DNA of 64,000 nucleotides from Anthoceros angustus (Eukaryota; Plantae; Anthocerotophyta): NCBI GenBank assembly GCA_010909165.1, contig MU008150.1, positions 558,001 to 622,000 of the forward strand, read 5' to 3'. Shown piece by piece: positions 61,801 to 64,000 of this stretch (position 1 is its first letter; each line of letters starts with the position of its first letter). The notes under the pieces were generated by a model. It saw only the letters and a program-made list of their open reading frames with translations, ran no database searches and was not told where the DNA came from. The position numbers and the translations under genes were made by a program.

Positions 61801-63460
61801 ACCTGGACTGCGGACACTACACTCGGAGAACTTAAAGTATCAGATCCAGATGGTTGCCTTGTATGTCTTGATGGAGGCAACTTTGCAGATGTAACTTGGG
61901 AGTTGTCACCAGCTCCTCTTGCAATGGTTTCCCTTATCTGCAATGCTAACTGTTCTGGAATTGGAGAAATTTGACGTTTGGCCAGAGCATCTGTTCCCAC
62001 CCCTTTAGTCACTGGGGGCACATCTTTTGATGTCTTACCCTGCTGCTCTGCTTTAGCAGATCCTTTTCCACCCCCAATTTCCATAGTTCGACCAGGAGGC
62101 AGACCTAACCGGGGCTGTTTTAAATATTCCGTCTTGGAAGCTGATTCTGTACCTCGGCGAGCTGGTGGAGCTACCCTTGTCTGCGTCTCTGCTTCTGGTC
62201 TTCGACTGGGGGTTGGGCTTCCCGTGACTGCTTTGATAAATATTCAGAATTTAAGGAGGCAGAAGGTCCTGGAGGCCATCTGTCTCAACACCTCGTGAAG
62301 AATAGCGCACTCTACAGAATCAAGGACAGGCAGCGTGAGCCTAACCTTGTACATCAAAAATCTCAACCCACTGCATAAACGGGAATGGATGCATGAGGTG
62401 AACTAAATACCTCGAATTTATCTGTGTGACAGGCATAGTGTCCACAGAGTTAGGATTGTCCTTCCGACGCCTACCCTTTTCTACAGCACAGTGACGAAGC
62501 AAGAAAATCAGGGACGCCAAGCTGTTGAGGAACCTGCAGCTCTACTGGCATAAGTACGAGCTGAGAAAGTACCTTCTTTCTGGCCTTTTGTTCACGTTCT
62601 GCTTTCATGAGCTCAGAGGTAGCCCACTCTGTCTTGAAGTAAGATGGGTCGGTGTACCTCTTTAAACACGCTCCAGCACCGGCCACATCAAACCTGCTCT
62701 CGTAGGAGGCAAAGAATTTAGAGATTGTTTGAATTGGGACAGACGGATTCCATAGCCCAGTATCCTTGAAGGACAATGGAGCCACAGCAGAACTTGAAGG
62801 AAGCTATTAAGACTGTGTTTGACACATTCAACATACTTGTCCAACAGGAAGAGCCTTGGAGGTCCTCTACATTCCTCGTACGAATTCCTTATAAACCGAG
62901 GTAGATCTCCTTGAGTGCAGTGATTTTGATCGGTTCGAATGCTCGCATGCCACTCGGTACCTGAAGAGCCCAAAGCATCATGCATGGAAGCTGACATGGA
63001 CGGAGAAGCAAGACAAGCGTGAGAGCGAGCTATTTTACCTGCGTTGTATGCATACTTCAGCTGGTTCGTCTCAGACAGCAATGCCTTCTCAATTGACGGC
63101 ATCTCCGCCTCGATCTGCTGCACTCGGATGGCCAAATCATGCCCTTTCGCAGAAACCGCCATGACTTCTTCATGAAGGTCACGGAAGATGTCCGCTGCAA
63201 ATCTGCAACACCGGCAACAATACAATCACCAAACGCGATACCAAGCACGCAAAAGAGACCCTTCCTCAGCTCCATTTTGGGCTTCATTCCAGGGGGCAGT
63301 ATGCATACTCTGCCAGATCACCAATTTGCCTGACTATTCCAACGAGGCCTGCCGTGGCAACACCTTCCAAAAGTCCCTCTGGCTCATCCTTCGTTGCCCG
63401 GTACAAGTCCGGATTTGCCAAGCTATGCTCGCTCCTAATCTCATACCTTACGAGAGGCAT
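58803..63460 (-). CDS. SCAR: SCAR/WAVE family Arp2/3 activator, multi-exon; indels in the large central exon
   Basis: SCAR homology domain: [17 protein letters not shown]...[14 protein letters not shown]|[13 protein letters not shown]...[15 protein letters not shown]|[19 protein letters not shown]. Poly-Pro stretch, WH2 (LLQQIR), [13 protein letters not shown] and acidic tail [12 protein letters not shown]. Confidence 0.95.
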
Positions 63461-64000
63461 GGTCTCAAGCTGATCTACCCCCACAACAAATCCCTGCACA
63501 TTGCGAGAGCTTTCTAGTCACCCAATACGCACTTCACACACTACTTCACGACATGACGCCATCTCCCACCCACTTCACTGGCCCAGCCTTCAACACAAAG
63601 CTGCGATCCCGGACGCCCAACACAACCCAGTACAAAAATCATCCCAGTTGCAAGAGCAAGAATTTTTCTGCAGCTATTCCAGCCACGCATTTCCTCAGCT
63701 GCGAGTCCTACCTAGAAGAAGCGAACTCGGAGCTGCAGCCTTCTTCGCATTGCGGAGGCCCGCAAGACCACGCATTGGCGACCCAGGTGGGACCACTTTC
63801 GAGACAACTATTCCTACACAGCACTCTGCTGCAGTACGAGCTCCGCCCGCCCACCCAAGCGCCTGATAGAAATAGCCCACAACATGAACAGCAAATTCTG
63901 GTCTCGGGAGAAGGCAGAGAGGCTGTACCAATTCCACGACTGGTCCCAGCAGCCTCCTACTACCAAAGCAAAAATACCAAGCTGCAGCTACAGGTACCAA

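Noticed and set aside
1-64000. tRNA, rRNA or other structured ncRNA genes
   Set aside because: None was recognised by eye; the only tRNA-related sequence is the 11-nt PBS. tRNAscan-SE or Infernal would be needed to exclude them.

Overview
Eukaryotic nuclear DNA from a land plant: GT-AG introns of about 80-160 bp, GC-rich coding exons and high gene density. A non-seed plant such as a hornwort is inferred, not proven. The assembly looks unpolished: most conserved genes carry 1-nt indels, often in homopolymers, and a single N at 35426 marks a probable contig join. From left to right: (1) a 5-exon GPI-anchored LysM receptor-like gene; (2) two head-to-head S-adenosylmethionine decarboxylase (SAMDC) paralogs, each with the overlapping tiny/small uORF module; (3) a ~25 kb transposon nest. 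In it a Mutator-like element (32-bp TIRs, 9-bp TSD) sits at the 5' side of a CRE-like non-LTR retrotransposon, which is split by a full Ty3/gypsy element (~3.1 kb LTR, GCAGC TSD) and a 4.86 kb putative solo LTR; (4) a gene-dense block: VQ-motif protein, cyanobacterial-type MiaB, anthranilate phosphoribosyltransferase, DTW-domain protein, PnsB3-like ferredoxin, DUF639, a nuclear copy of mitochondrial rps3, a small secreted Cys-rich protein, DUF177 and SCAR/WAVE. The most notable observations are the shortened and apparently segment-permuted nuclear uS3m gene, long accessory ORFs inside the U3 region of two giant LTRs, and a MiAMP1-like secreted protein. All family assignments rest on recalled motifs, not database searches.
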